DNA of 64,000 nt from Felis catus (Eukaryota), in NCBI RefSeq assembly GCF_018350175.1, contig NC_058368.1, positions 210,368,001-210,432,000 of the forward strand, read 5' to 3'. The notes under the pieces are model-generated. The model was not told the origin of the DNA. It made no database searches and was given only the letters and a program-made list of their open reading frames with translations. Both the position numbers and the translations under genes were made by a program. Positions 25,861-37,900 of the stretch are shown piece after piece. Every line of letters begins with the position of its first letter. Position 1 is the first letter of the stretch.

Positions 25861-27054
25861 ATATGGGCCCTGGGAGCACTGAAACAACTGGTGCTCTATT
25901 ATGGGTGTCTCATCAGTTGTATATGCTGCCTTGTCAGAGCCTTTCCCAACCCAACCCCAGTATACATATATACAGCTCCAGTGAGCCATTACCCTTCCAC
26001 ACTGGTGTTTCAGGATTATGCAGGTCACACTCTGCATTAGTTTTCCTCAAAGTGTGGTTCTTAGCCCATCTTTGTCAGGTTCACTTGAGATGCTTATTAA
26101 AAATACGGATTCTAAGCCCCACCCAAGAACTACTGCATAGAATCTCCAGGTTTGAATCCTGGTAATTTGCATTTTCAACAACAACCAAACTGCATTTATA
26201 CAGACTATTATTTGAGGCTATAAATCTGACTGTGAGGCAACCACTATTTTTTATTCTTTCCCTCCATAGTCTGTGTGAAATCCCAAAGTGAATGAGCAAA
26301 ACTGAAAAGGAAATGTTATTAGAAAATCATAAGGAAGCAAAATATAGTACTAAACTGTATTTATTGAAAAAAATCCACATATTCGTGGACCTGTGCAGTT
26401 CAAACCCATCTGTTCAAGGGTCAATTATGTATATTCAGTCTAAATACAGAAAGAACTGCAAACAAAACTTGTCTACTGAGTAGGTTTTTTACAGTTGTGT
26501 GGGGTAGTGTATTTGACCTCACTTTCTAGGCATGATAGGACTGAGCAAATGAGGAAATGTATTGATGTTGTTTCTTACATTAGGAAAAGACAATTACAAA
26601 TGTGGAAATGAGGAAGATTAGAACAACCCCTGTGATATATTGAATTGAGATATCAGTATGAATTCATAATTTTTTCTATAGGCAGAGAAATAAATATAGG
26701 ATCTTGATATCTACATCTATAGCCATATATTTCCTAGTTCTGTCCACTGGAAGGATTATAAACAGTGGCGCTTTGTTAGCAATGAGCACACCTAGCAACC
26801 ATATAGGTATCTTTTGGTCTAGTAGATCATAAACTCCATGAATGTAGGGACTGATAAAGGGCAACTTTACCTTTCAGCATTAAATTGGATTCTGTGCACA
26901 CAGGAGTTTTAATAAAATTAAACTCTTTAAGGCATCCAGCTGGTAAATTGCAGGCCAGGTTATAATTACCTGAAAACCAGCCTTCTCTGTTCAGCCTAAG
27001 CTGCTGAGAACCTGCCATCTAATGTTGCCACCAACCCTCTGTCTCTGCCAACCT

Positions 27055-27331
27055 GTACGTTTCAGCAGCGGTGGCCCCAGCACCATCAGATGCTCCTGCA
27101 CCCTGAGCCCCCCACCCCCACCAGGGGCTGGTGGGCTGGATCTACCACATCCTCCAGGTAGGGGGTGTAGCACAACTCAGGCCCACACTTTCCAATAACT
27201 GTGGCATGAACGTACCTCCTGAATGTCTTATTGTCCCTGCTGATGGTCACCCTGGGCACTGTGTGGCTGTGTGGGAAGCTGTTGAGTGTGGTGGCCAGGT
27301 GGCTGTGTGGGCCCTGAAGCTGAAGGCCTGA
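27055..27331 (+). pseudogene. UGT3A pseudogene exon 7 relic
   Basis: Aligns with 54637-54913; acceptor caacAG changed to caacCT; several frameshifts; ends gaagctgaaggcctga. Confidence 0.92.
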
Positions 27332-28843
27332 AGCCAAGTGTAGGCTTGGGGATGCCATATTGGAGGGGGGGTGTTACCATTTCTTATGAGCTTCCCACCA
27401 GTTCTGGCAACTCCTGTTATCCATATCATATCCATGTGCTAATTTTGTTGTAAATACCTGCTCATTGGCTTCTTCCTAAAATTAGAATTCTTTATTTAGC
27501 CCGTATGGCCTTCTTTATTTGCCAGTCAGGCAGGGCTGTTGTATGATTTTGTTCCCATGGTAATTTGGACCAGTGGCCCTCATATTTTAAGCCTTGAAGC
27601 CACCTTCTTTGTCATGCCCCTGTTGGAGGAGCATCAGCCTGAACCATTCCAGCCTCCATGTCCAGTCCCTTCTCAGGCTGTTTCCCTCGCTCCTGCCTCC
27701 GCCACCCACTATAACACTGAAAACAGGCATCTGACAAACTTTTTCATTTTCTATTTGCCTTTCCTGCAAACTCTTGTCAATCTATCTTGTTGGGGCAAGA
27801 GGAGCCCCTGCCTCATGGAAAGCAAAAGTCTTCCAGAATTATCGTACCCCTCCACTTGGAAAAGAGACTCCATCCTCCTTCCCCAGAATTCTGTCACCTG
27901 ACAACTCAAGGCTGTGAGGGAAGCTGCACCGAAATCCTTTATAAGAGCCAGTCTTGTTTTGAGGATAGAAAATGCAAAAATGCCTTCTGGGGCTTGCATG
28001 CCCTGTCCTTCCCAGGGCTGACATTGCAAAGAGTCAGAATGACAAGATGTCCTCAGTTTGTTCCTGAGGAGACTGTGGAAATATCCCCAGTCCTATTTTA
28101 TGATGCTCATTGGAATTATAGTCTCAGCAGTAGAGGTAAAGACTTGGACTTGTAGAGTTAGGACTCTAGCACGTCTTCATAAATAAATGACCTCCTTAAG
28201 AGGTAGGTCCTCAGAATACAGTCCAGGAATGATAGGTGGACTTCTCTTGGGGATTGACTTCTAGAGAGTAGACACAACTCCTTCCAGGGAGCGGTGTCTT
28301 GAGATTGGAAGACTCGCAGAGATTTTAAGCAGGTACCTGGGGAAATGGGGCATGGGGATGACAGTATGAGGTCAATAGTGCAGTTAGGAGGTGGGAAAAT
28401 TCGTGGAAGAGTCTCTAAAACGGAGATGGGTCTGAGTCACCTGGGGGTGGCACTATCTTGGAAGTGACTTCCTGAAGTCCCTGCCATTCCTGGTTCAGCG
28501 TATGTTCTCTGCAGAGAGTGTAGTGATTCCATGGGAGGAGAGGGGTTAAGGAGAGCTCACTAACCCCTCCTTCCTTCTGCCAGATGCCTGAGGTTAGGGA
28601 GGGTGAGGACATATTAGCCAGTGGAGCAAACACCCGGGGAGGAGGAGCAGAAGGGCAAGAAGTCACAGACAGAAAGAGACGACAGGCAGGATCCACCTCT
28701 CACCTCTTCCCAAGCTGCCTGCCAGCGCATCTCCTTGGCTGCCAGTGCAGTGCGTGTCCCCAGGGCGCACAGGTTACTGTGTGGGGCGCGGGGTGCAGGC
28801 TCTGGGCACAGGACCGGGCTCCGCAGCTGGTACAGGAGTGAGC

Positions 28844-28937
28844 ATGGCGGGGCAGCGGGTGCTGCTGCTAGCTGGCTTCCTTCTGCCCGGGTTCCTGCTC
28901 TCTGAGGCCGCCAAGATCCTAACCCTGTCTTTGGTGG
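28844..28937 (+). CDS. UGT3A2: UGT3A2-like exon 1 (signal peptide)
   Basis: Kozak agcATGg; [31 protein letters not shown]; donor GTGAGT at 28938. Confidence 0.93.
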
Positions 28938-31617
28938 GTGAGTGCGTGGCTGGAGAATCAGACACAGGCTCGTCCCAGACACCTGCGTGAAGGCTCAGGC
29001 ACATAGCCCTGGGCCAAAGGTCACTCTGTGGGGTTTTCCAGACAGCGCTTGGGTCCCAGGCTGCAGGAGGGAGAGGCGGGAGGGGGTTGTTGGGGCATGA
29101 GGAGCCCCTGCCTCATGTAGGGGTGAAGAAGATACTTCTGGAGAAAGTAGAATACCCTTTCCTCTCTCTTCCTATTCAGACTAGCTCTCCGAGGCACAGG
29201 GATGGGGCGAGAGGTTTGAGATCCCTCCCTGTGCTCGAGACGCAGGGCAGCGTCTTCCCCAGGGCGGTTTGGACATTCAGAGGCTCACCCTAAGCTTCTC
29301 AGGGGTGTGCAGCAATTGTCAACAGAGACGGGGTCGGCGGGGGGGAGCATTTGCAGGCTCTTGGGGGCCCAGGGAAGAGCTCACGGGGACAGCAGCACGG
29401 ATTTTCTGAGGCTGCATGGGAGCCAATTGGAGAAGGGAAGGCATTTCAGTAACAGTTAGGAGGGTGTTTTCATCCAGAGAAAACCTAGAGAACTGGCCAG
29501 GGTTGGGGACTGGACCCTGGGCGTTCAGGTCTCTCCAGTGCCCACTCCTTTTCACCCGTGGGGCTGGAAGTGTTTGAAGGACTTGAGGGACTGTTAATTT
29601 TGCATTTTGTAGCCTCAGTCTTATCTCCTTTACTTTTGCACCAAAGGGACTAGCAGATGAAAAGGAAAATCATATCAGGATAAAGGGTCATCCTCGGATG
29701 GAGCTTCCCCAACATTGTATTTCAACTCACAGGGGGCTCTCTTTTAGGTCACCTGACTATATAGGTCACTGGGAATCAGGGGATCTTAGAGCTGGAAGGA
29801 CACCGAATCATCTCATTTAGCCCCCACAGTGTTTTCCTGAACAAGAAACTTAAGGGTCGGGCACCTTTGCCAGAGCACACTGGACCTCCTTAAAGGCACA
29901 CAGCAGGAATTTACTCTGCTCTCTCAGCCCAGGAGCAGCCTTTTCACAGCTTCCAATCTCATGCACTTTTAGTGGGTAGTTTTAAAAATCACTCTTTAAG
30001 AAACCCTGTAACTGCATTTGAATTCCTTTTTTATTCATTTAGTTTTCTTTCTGATTGTTAGTAGCAGTGACACAAAAGCACTCCCTCCCTTCTTGTAAGT
30101 ACATGTCCTCTGGACTCTGTGAGGTGGGGAGGAAGGTGTGGTTTGGAGGCACTGAAGCCCTGCCTCTGTTCCAGAATGCACTGTGCTCACCAAGACCTTT
30201 AGGAATGGCTGCCTGTACAGGTGCAGGAAGCCTCTCCTGAATCCATTTCCTGCATGGGTTAAAGGTAGAGTCAGAGCAGGGAGTCTGAGGGGGTAGGGTT
30301 CATGTTTTATGTAATCTGTGTTACCTCAGGGCAACACAAGTATAGCTATTAAAAACTAGAGTATAAGAAACTAGATGCACACTATTGCTGTAGTTCTTTT
30401 TAAAACTTTTTTATTACTGTGGTTCCACATCCATGTGAGCTGACCCAATCATCATGGGACCTTCATCTTCCAAACAACCCCCAGGTCCCAGCTTGGGCAA
30501 ATTCTATTCCTTCCCGTGTGGTCTGGCTTTGACTATTGCCGAGACTCATAGATTCCATAAAAATGGCCCCTGGTAGCATATGGTTTTAGATACAACTTGA
30601 TGTGATAGAAACTGTACCTCCCCAGGGGATCATACTCTGTTTCCTTAGGATCCCAGGATATTTCTAGGATGGGTGGTGTCTCAGTCTCTCATGCATACAG
30701 GATCCTGCAGTTCCACTGGAAGGGTCCACAATTATTCTGAATGCCTTAATTTGATATTCAGCAAAATGCAGACCCCAACTGAGAAGCCTCCTGCCAAATA
30801 TATTTGAATCTGAAGAATTTTGGCTCTAAGTGGTGTCTCTCTCTCCTTTGCTCCAGTGGCTCTTTCCTGGACTGATGTTAAGTTCCCATGTTTTGGCCCT
30901 CACATTAGCCTAAATTTCCAGAGAGAAGGATTCCAGAAATGCTCTGCTTAATTTTCCGCTAGGAGTCCTTCACACTCGTATAGAGCACTGTGCCAAACTT
31001 TCCATCAGTACAGTTATTTCTGTCGGGCACCAAGTGTCCATAAGGCCTGGCTAGAATCAGCATGTGCTTAGAATCAGGAACTCCTTAAAGCCTAAGCACA
31101 GAGAGGCTCCTCACACTGATGTTTGGTCACTTTTGTGACCAGAGTCACACAAAAGAATCAGAGGGAGGTTTGCCAAGGTCAAGGGTTTGGGCAAGTAGGC
31201 TCAGGGTGAGTGGCTGTGCCTTACCCAGATGGAGATGGGCAGCGTGGCTGATGAAGCTGATCTTCCTCTACTCACTGTCATCTTTCTGTTCTCTATCTCT
31301 CATGTGTTGGCTCTATCACCCCATCAACTTCACGCACTCTATTCTCATGATTACAAAGATGCAGTTGTGAATTGTTCCTAGGTGGGAGCCATCATCTGCT
31401 GCTGGACCGGGTGTCTCAGATTCTTCAAGATCATGGTCATAATGTCACCATGCTTCACCAGAGAGGGAATTCATTCATATCAGGTATCTTTTCCCACTAA
31501 TCCTTGATTCCTTCTGCTCTGTGCAAAGTGTAGAGTGAAGCAACAATGCCCTTTGCATAAATGGGCTCAGAAAAGTGTTTTTAAAATCTAATTGGACCCA
31601 AACAATGAAAAGTGTGT

Positions 31618-31660
<43 letters not shown>

Positions 31661-34600
31661 CATTTAAGTAAGGTGTTGTAAAACTTGCTGGCTATGTCTA
31701 CCAGCACTCCACACTCTGTAGTCTCATATTTTCCTCCCTTACCTTCATCCCAACCAACAGTCCACATATTATTACAGGTTATTTTGGTAAATGGCACTTC
31801 ATAACAGCTTGAAAATATGTGAACAGAAGTGTTCATCCATATATAAGATTTCTAATAGGAAAGGATCATTCTTTTTTTTTTTTTATATCAGAGATTACTT
31901 TTCTTCCTATGATAACTGAAATTTAAGAAAGGTCTCTCAGGGGGCGCCTGGGTGGCGCAGTCGGTTAAGCGTCGGACTTCAGCCAGGTCACGATCTCGCG
32001 GTCTGTGAGTTCGAGCCCCGTGTCGGGCTCTGGGCTGATGGCTCAGAGCCTGGAGCCTGTTTCTGATTCTGTGTCTCCCTCTCTCTCTGCCCCTCCCCCG
32101 TTCATGCTCTGTCTCTCTCTGTCCCAAAAATAAATAAACGTTGAAAAAAAAAATAAAAAAAAAAAAAAAAGAAAAAAAAAAAAAAAAGAAAGGTCTCTCA
32201 GGAAGCCCCTTATTTAGGCAGGTGAGATCAGATCCTATAATTGAGATGATTTTGTTTTCTTGAAAAATCAATGACTGCCCATGAGTTTGTGGATAATGAT
32301 GTTGGATGTTCTTAACTGAATCATCGAATCCAATGAATGTTAGTCAAAATGAGCAAGGAAATCTTATCAACTCTTCTCTGTTGACAGACAAGACGTCAGC
32401 AACCCAGAGAACTGAAGTGAATTGCCCAAGGTCATATGGCAGGCTAATAATAGTGTTGGGTGGCTTTAGGACTTTAAGCTCTGGATTGCTCAATCTGTAG
32501 TTTTCTCAGGCTTTGATTTAAAAAAGATTCAATTTTAATCAGCATCTTTGAGGAATAAAATTCTGAGAAATTATAAAATTTTGAAGGTGATCAGCCTTTG
32601 TTGTTGTTTAGATTTTATTAAAAACAAATGTTTTTTTACTGTGAAAATTTCTTCTAAGATATTTATTGTAGTAAAATATACACAGCATAAAATTGATCAC
32701 CAAACATTTTGTTTTGGACAGTTTAGTGACTTTAAGTACATTCACATTGTTGTGCAACCATCACTCTAGAACATTTTCATCATCACAAACAGGAACTCTG
32801 TACTGATTATATATATATATATATAACTGCCAAATACCCTTTGCCTGAAGCCCTTGGTAACCACTACTGTACCTTACTTCTCGAAAAATTTGGCTATTCT
32901 AGTTATTTCATTTAAATAGAAATATACATTATCTGTCTCTTTGTGTCTGGCTCATTTCACTTTGTATCATGTCTTTAAGACTCATTCATGTTGTTGTATG
33001 GATCACAATCTCTTTCCTTTTTAAGGCTGAATAATGTTGCACTGTAAGTACATACCACATTTTGTTAATCCAGTCATCATCTGTCAATGGACATTTGCAC
33101 TGTTTCCCCCTTTTGGATATTGTGAATAATGCTGTTGTGAAAGCTGCTGTAGAAATATGTCTCTGAGTGCCTACTTAAGACCATTTAAATCACTTTCTAG
33201 ATTAGGTTCTTCATTCTTCAGTAAATATTATTTATATACATATCTCTTTGTATCTGCCTTGATGACAGACATGAATAAAGAACTGTAGTTTGTTGATGAT
33301 AATGTGTCAGTGTAGTTAATCTTGATTTTGAAAATTGCAATTAAATTTAATTAAAATTTAAATGAAGTTATGTTAAATTAGAATTTCAGATTGATTAAAA
33401 AATAATTTCAGCAGGGGCACCTGGATGGCTCAGTCGGTTATGCATCTGATTTTGGCTCATGTCATGATCTTCTGGTTTGTGAGTTTGAGTCCTGCATTGG
33501 GCTTGCTGCTGTTAGCACAGACCCTGCTTCGGGTTGTGTCTCCCTGTGGCTCTGCCCATCCCCCACTGGTTCTCTCTCTCTCTCTCTCTCTCTCAAATAA
33601 AATAAAACTTAAAAAGAAAGCGTCTAGGGGAGCCTGGATGGCTCATTTGGTTGAGTGCCCAACTTCGGCTCAGGTCATGATCTCGCCGTCTGTGAGTTTG
33701 AGCCCCGAGTCAGGCTCTGTGCTGACAGCTCAAAGCCTGGAGCCTGCTTCGGATTCTGTGTCTCCCTCTCTCTCTGCCCCTCCCCCACTCATACTCTGTA
33801 TCTCTCTCTGTTAAAAATAAGTAAACACTAAAAAAAATTTTTTAAATAAAAAAAAAAAAGAGTCTAGAGTTGAGTTTCTTTCAATATGCCCCCATCACGA
33901 ACATTTCTGAGGCTTTGAAACAGCATATTCATTCTTTACTTCAGGAATAGAGCTTTACTAAACATCTGCAAATAGGGAAAACACATGATTGGGGTGTTAT
34001 TTCTGACCTGCTTCCCATTTCAGTGTAAGGTAACATTTGTGTTTTTTTGAGGGGGGCTTTATTTGGAGGGCTTCTTTTGAAAGTAAACATATACTTAGGA
34101 AATGCTATGTGACTAGCACTGGGATCGATATTTTCACATTTACACCATCATTTAAACTGAAGCCTGATCTTTGATCCAAAGTAAATGTTTAACAGAGTGT
34201 TTGGAAAGCAAATGTGGGGATAAACTTTTGGAGGAAAAGTTCTTAGAATTTCTTCAAATTGAATCATCCAGAGGTGCTTCTTGGCCTGTGTGTAGACTTG
34301 TCTGTCTTCCCAACCTTAGGAAATAACACACCCAGTGTTATTTGTGCATGTGATGTATTGGTGGAGGGCTGTGTGGAATGCTTCTTGTTTTGTGACCTTC
34401 AGGTCACAATAACTGCCTTTGCTTTAGGAATTTATTTTCTTTTTTTAATTTAAAGTTTAGTTAGTTAATATACAGTGAAATATTGGTTTCAGAAGTAGAA
34501 TTCAGTGATTTATCACTTATATACAACACCCAGTGCTCATCACAAATTCCCTCTTTAGTATACCCATCACCCATCTCCCACCCACCTCCCTCCATCAACC

Positions 34601-34863
34601 CTAATTGATTCTCTGTCGTTAAAAGTCTCTCCTGTGGTTTGTTTCCCTTTCTTCTCTTCCCCCCACCTCCCATATGTTAATCTGTATTCGTACTTAAATT
34701 CCACATATGAGTGAAATCGTACGGTATTTGTCTTTCTCTGATTGACTTATTTTGCTTACCATAATACATTCTAGCTGCATCCATGATGTTGCAAATGGTA
34801 TGATTTCATTCTTTTTGATGGCTGAATAATATTCTTTTATATATGTGTGTGTGTGTGTGTGTG

Positions 34864-34904
<41 letters not shown>

Positions 34905-37900
34905 TTGGGCTCTCTCCATAGTTTGGCTATTATTGATAATGCTGCTATCAACATCGGGGTGCATGTATGCCTTTGAATCAGTATTTTTGTATCCTTTAGG
35001 TAAATGTCTAACAGTACAATTGCTGGATCATAGGGTAGTTCTGTTTTTCATTCTTTGAGGAACCTCCATGCTGTTCTTCAGAGTGGCTGCACCAGTTTGC
35101 ATTCCTACCGGCAGTGCAAGAGAGTTCCCTTTTCTCTACATCCTCCCCAACAGCTGTTGTTTCCTGTGTTGTTAGTTTTAGGTGTTCTGACAGTTGTGAG
35201 GTGGTATCTCATTGTGGTTTTGATGCGTATTTCTTTCCCTGATGATGAATGATGTTGAGCATCTTTTCATGTGTCTCTTAGCTATCTGGATGTCTTCTTT
35301 GGAAAAGTGTCTATTTATGTCTTCTGCCCATTTATTAACTGGGTTGTTTGGGTTTGGGGTTTTGAGTTTGGTACGTTCCTTAAAGATTTTAGATTCTAAC
35401 CCCTTATCATATATGTTGTTTGCAAATATCTTCTCCCATTCTGTAGGCTGCCTTTTAGTTTTGTTGATTGTTTCCTTTGCTGGGCAGAAACTTTTATCAT
35501 GAAGTCCCAATAGTTCATTTTTGCATTCATTTCCCTTACCTAACCATAAATCATTTGTTGAAGAGACTTTTTTTCCATTGGATATTCTTTCTTGTTTTGT
35601 CAAAGATGAGTTGACTACATAGTTGTATAATTGTGTCTGTTTTTGTGCCAGTACCATACCGTCTTGATGACTACCGCTTTGTAATATAGCTTGAAATGCA
35701 GAATCATGATGCCTCCAGTTTTGTTTTTTCCTTTTCAGGATTGCTTTGCCTATTTGGGGTCTTGTATAGTTTCATACAAAGTTTAGGATTGTTTGATCTA
35801 GCTCTGTGAAGAATGCTGGTAGTAGTTTGATAGGGATTGCAATCAATGTGTAGATTGCTTTGGGTAGCATAGACATTTTAGCAATATTTGTGCTTCCAAT
35901 CCATGAGGATGGAATGCTTTTACATTTTATTGTGTCCTTTGCAATATCTTTTATAAGTCTTTATAGTTCTTAGAGTACAGATCTTTTACCTCTTTAGTTA
36001 GATTTATTCCCAGGTATCTTATTGTTTGTGGTGCAATTTTTAAAGGGTTTGATTCCCTGATTTCTCTTTCTGCTGCTTCATTATTGGTGTATACAAATGA
36101 AACAGATTTCTGCAGGTTGATTTAATATCCTGCAACTTTGCTGAATTCATGTATTAGTTTTAGCATTTTTTTGGTAGAGTCTTTCAGGTTTTCTACATAG
36201 CGTATCATGTCATCTGCAAATAGTGAAAGTTTGACTTCTTCCTTGCTCTATTTGTATGCCCTTTATTTCTTTTTGTTGTCTGACTGCTGAGGCTAAGACT
36301 TCTAGTCTATGTTAAATACTAATGGTGAAAGTGGGCATCCTTGTCTTGTTCCTGACTATAAGGGAAAGGCTTTCATTTTCTCCCCAATGAGGATGATATT
36401 AGCTGTGGATCTTTCATATATGGCCTGTATGTTGAGGTATGTTCCATCTATCCCTACTTTGTTGAGGGTTTTTCTTTTTTTTTTTTTATCAAGAATGAAT
36501 GTTGTATTTTGTCAAATGCTTTTTCTGCATCTATTGAGAGGATCATATTGTGTATATTGTACCACATCTGCAGTCCAAGAATAAATCCCAGTTAATCATG
36601 GTGAATAACTCTTTTAATGCACTGTTGAATTTGATTTGCAAGTATCTTGTTGAGAATTTTTGAATCCAGTTTCATCAGGGATTTTGGCCTATAATTCTCC
36701 TTCTTAGTAGAGTCTTTGGTTTTGGGATCAAGGTAATGCTGACTTCATAGAATGAGTTTGAAACCTTTCCTTCCATTATATTTTTTGGAACAATGTAAGG
36801 AGAATAGACATTAGCTCTTCCTTAAATGTCTGGTAGAATCCCCCTGGGAAGCCATGTGGCCCAGGCCTCTTGTTTGTTGGAAGATTTTTGATTACTAATT
36901 GAATTCCTTTGCTTGTTATGGGCCTATTAAAATTTTCTATTTCTTTCTGTTTCAATTTCTGTAGTTTGTGCATTTCTAGGAATTGTCCATTTCTTCCAGA
37001 TTGCCCAATTTGTTGGCATATAATTTTTATAGTATTCTCTTATAATTGTTTTATTATTGTTGTGTTGGTTGTGATCTCTCCTCTTTCATTCATGAATTTT
37101 ATCTACTTGGATCATTTCTCTTTTCTTTTTGATAGATCTGGCTACGGGTTTATCAATTTTGTTTATTCTTTCAAAGAATGAGCTCTTAGTTTCTATAATC
37201 CATTCTACTGTGGTTTTTTTGTTTGTTTGTTTTTGTTTGTCTCTATATCATTTAGTTCTGTTCTAATTTTTATTATGTCCCTTCTTCTGCTGGCTTTAGG
37301 CTTTATTTGCTGTTCCTTGTCTAGCTCCTTTAGGTGTAAGGTTAGGTTGTGTATTTGGGACCTTTCTTGCTTCTTGAGAGAGGCCTGAATTGCAATATAC
37401 TTTCCTTTTAGGACTGCCTTTGCTGCATCCCAAAGGGTTTGAACTGTCGTGTGTTCATTTTAATTTGCTTCCTTGTATTTTTTAATTTCTTCTTTGGAAC
37501 ACCTGGGTGGCTCAGTTGGTTAAGTGTCTGACTTCAGCTCAGGTCATGATCTCGCAGTTCATGGGTTCGAGCCCTGCATCTCAGAGCCTGGAACCTGATT
37601 TGAATTTTGTGTCTGCCTCTCTGTGTCTGCCCCACCCTCCCCATATTCTGTCTCTCTCAACAATAAATAAACATTAAAAAAAGAAAAAATAATTTCTTCT
37701 TTAATTTCCTGGTTAACCCATTCAGTTTTAGTAGGATATTCTTTACCTTCCATGTATTTGGGGGCTTTCCAAATTGTTTCTTGTGGTTGACTTTAAGTTT
37801 CATAGCATTATGATCTGAAAGTATGCATGGTATGCTGTTGATTTTTTGTACCTATTGAAGGCTGATTTGTGACCTAGTATATGATCTATTTTGGAGACTA

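Larger units (their letters stand above)
15989..27331 (+). pseudogene. Unprocessed UGT3A pseudogene (relics of exons 1, 2, 4, 7)
   Basis: Four colinear segments align by eye to the intact downstream gene, each with inactivating lesions; exons 3, 5 and 6 were not recognisable. Confidence 0.88.

Noticed and set aside
18221..27054. Search for pseudogene exons 3, 5 and 6
   Set aside because: No convincing match by eye, so none annotated; a sensitive alignment is needed to distinguish deletion from decay.
28745..28843. In-frame upstream extensions of exon 1 (also 57941-58048)
   Set aside because: They begin at GTG in the ORF track; the ATGs at 28844 and 58049 have a -3 purine and give the canonical signal peptide and 94-bp exon.
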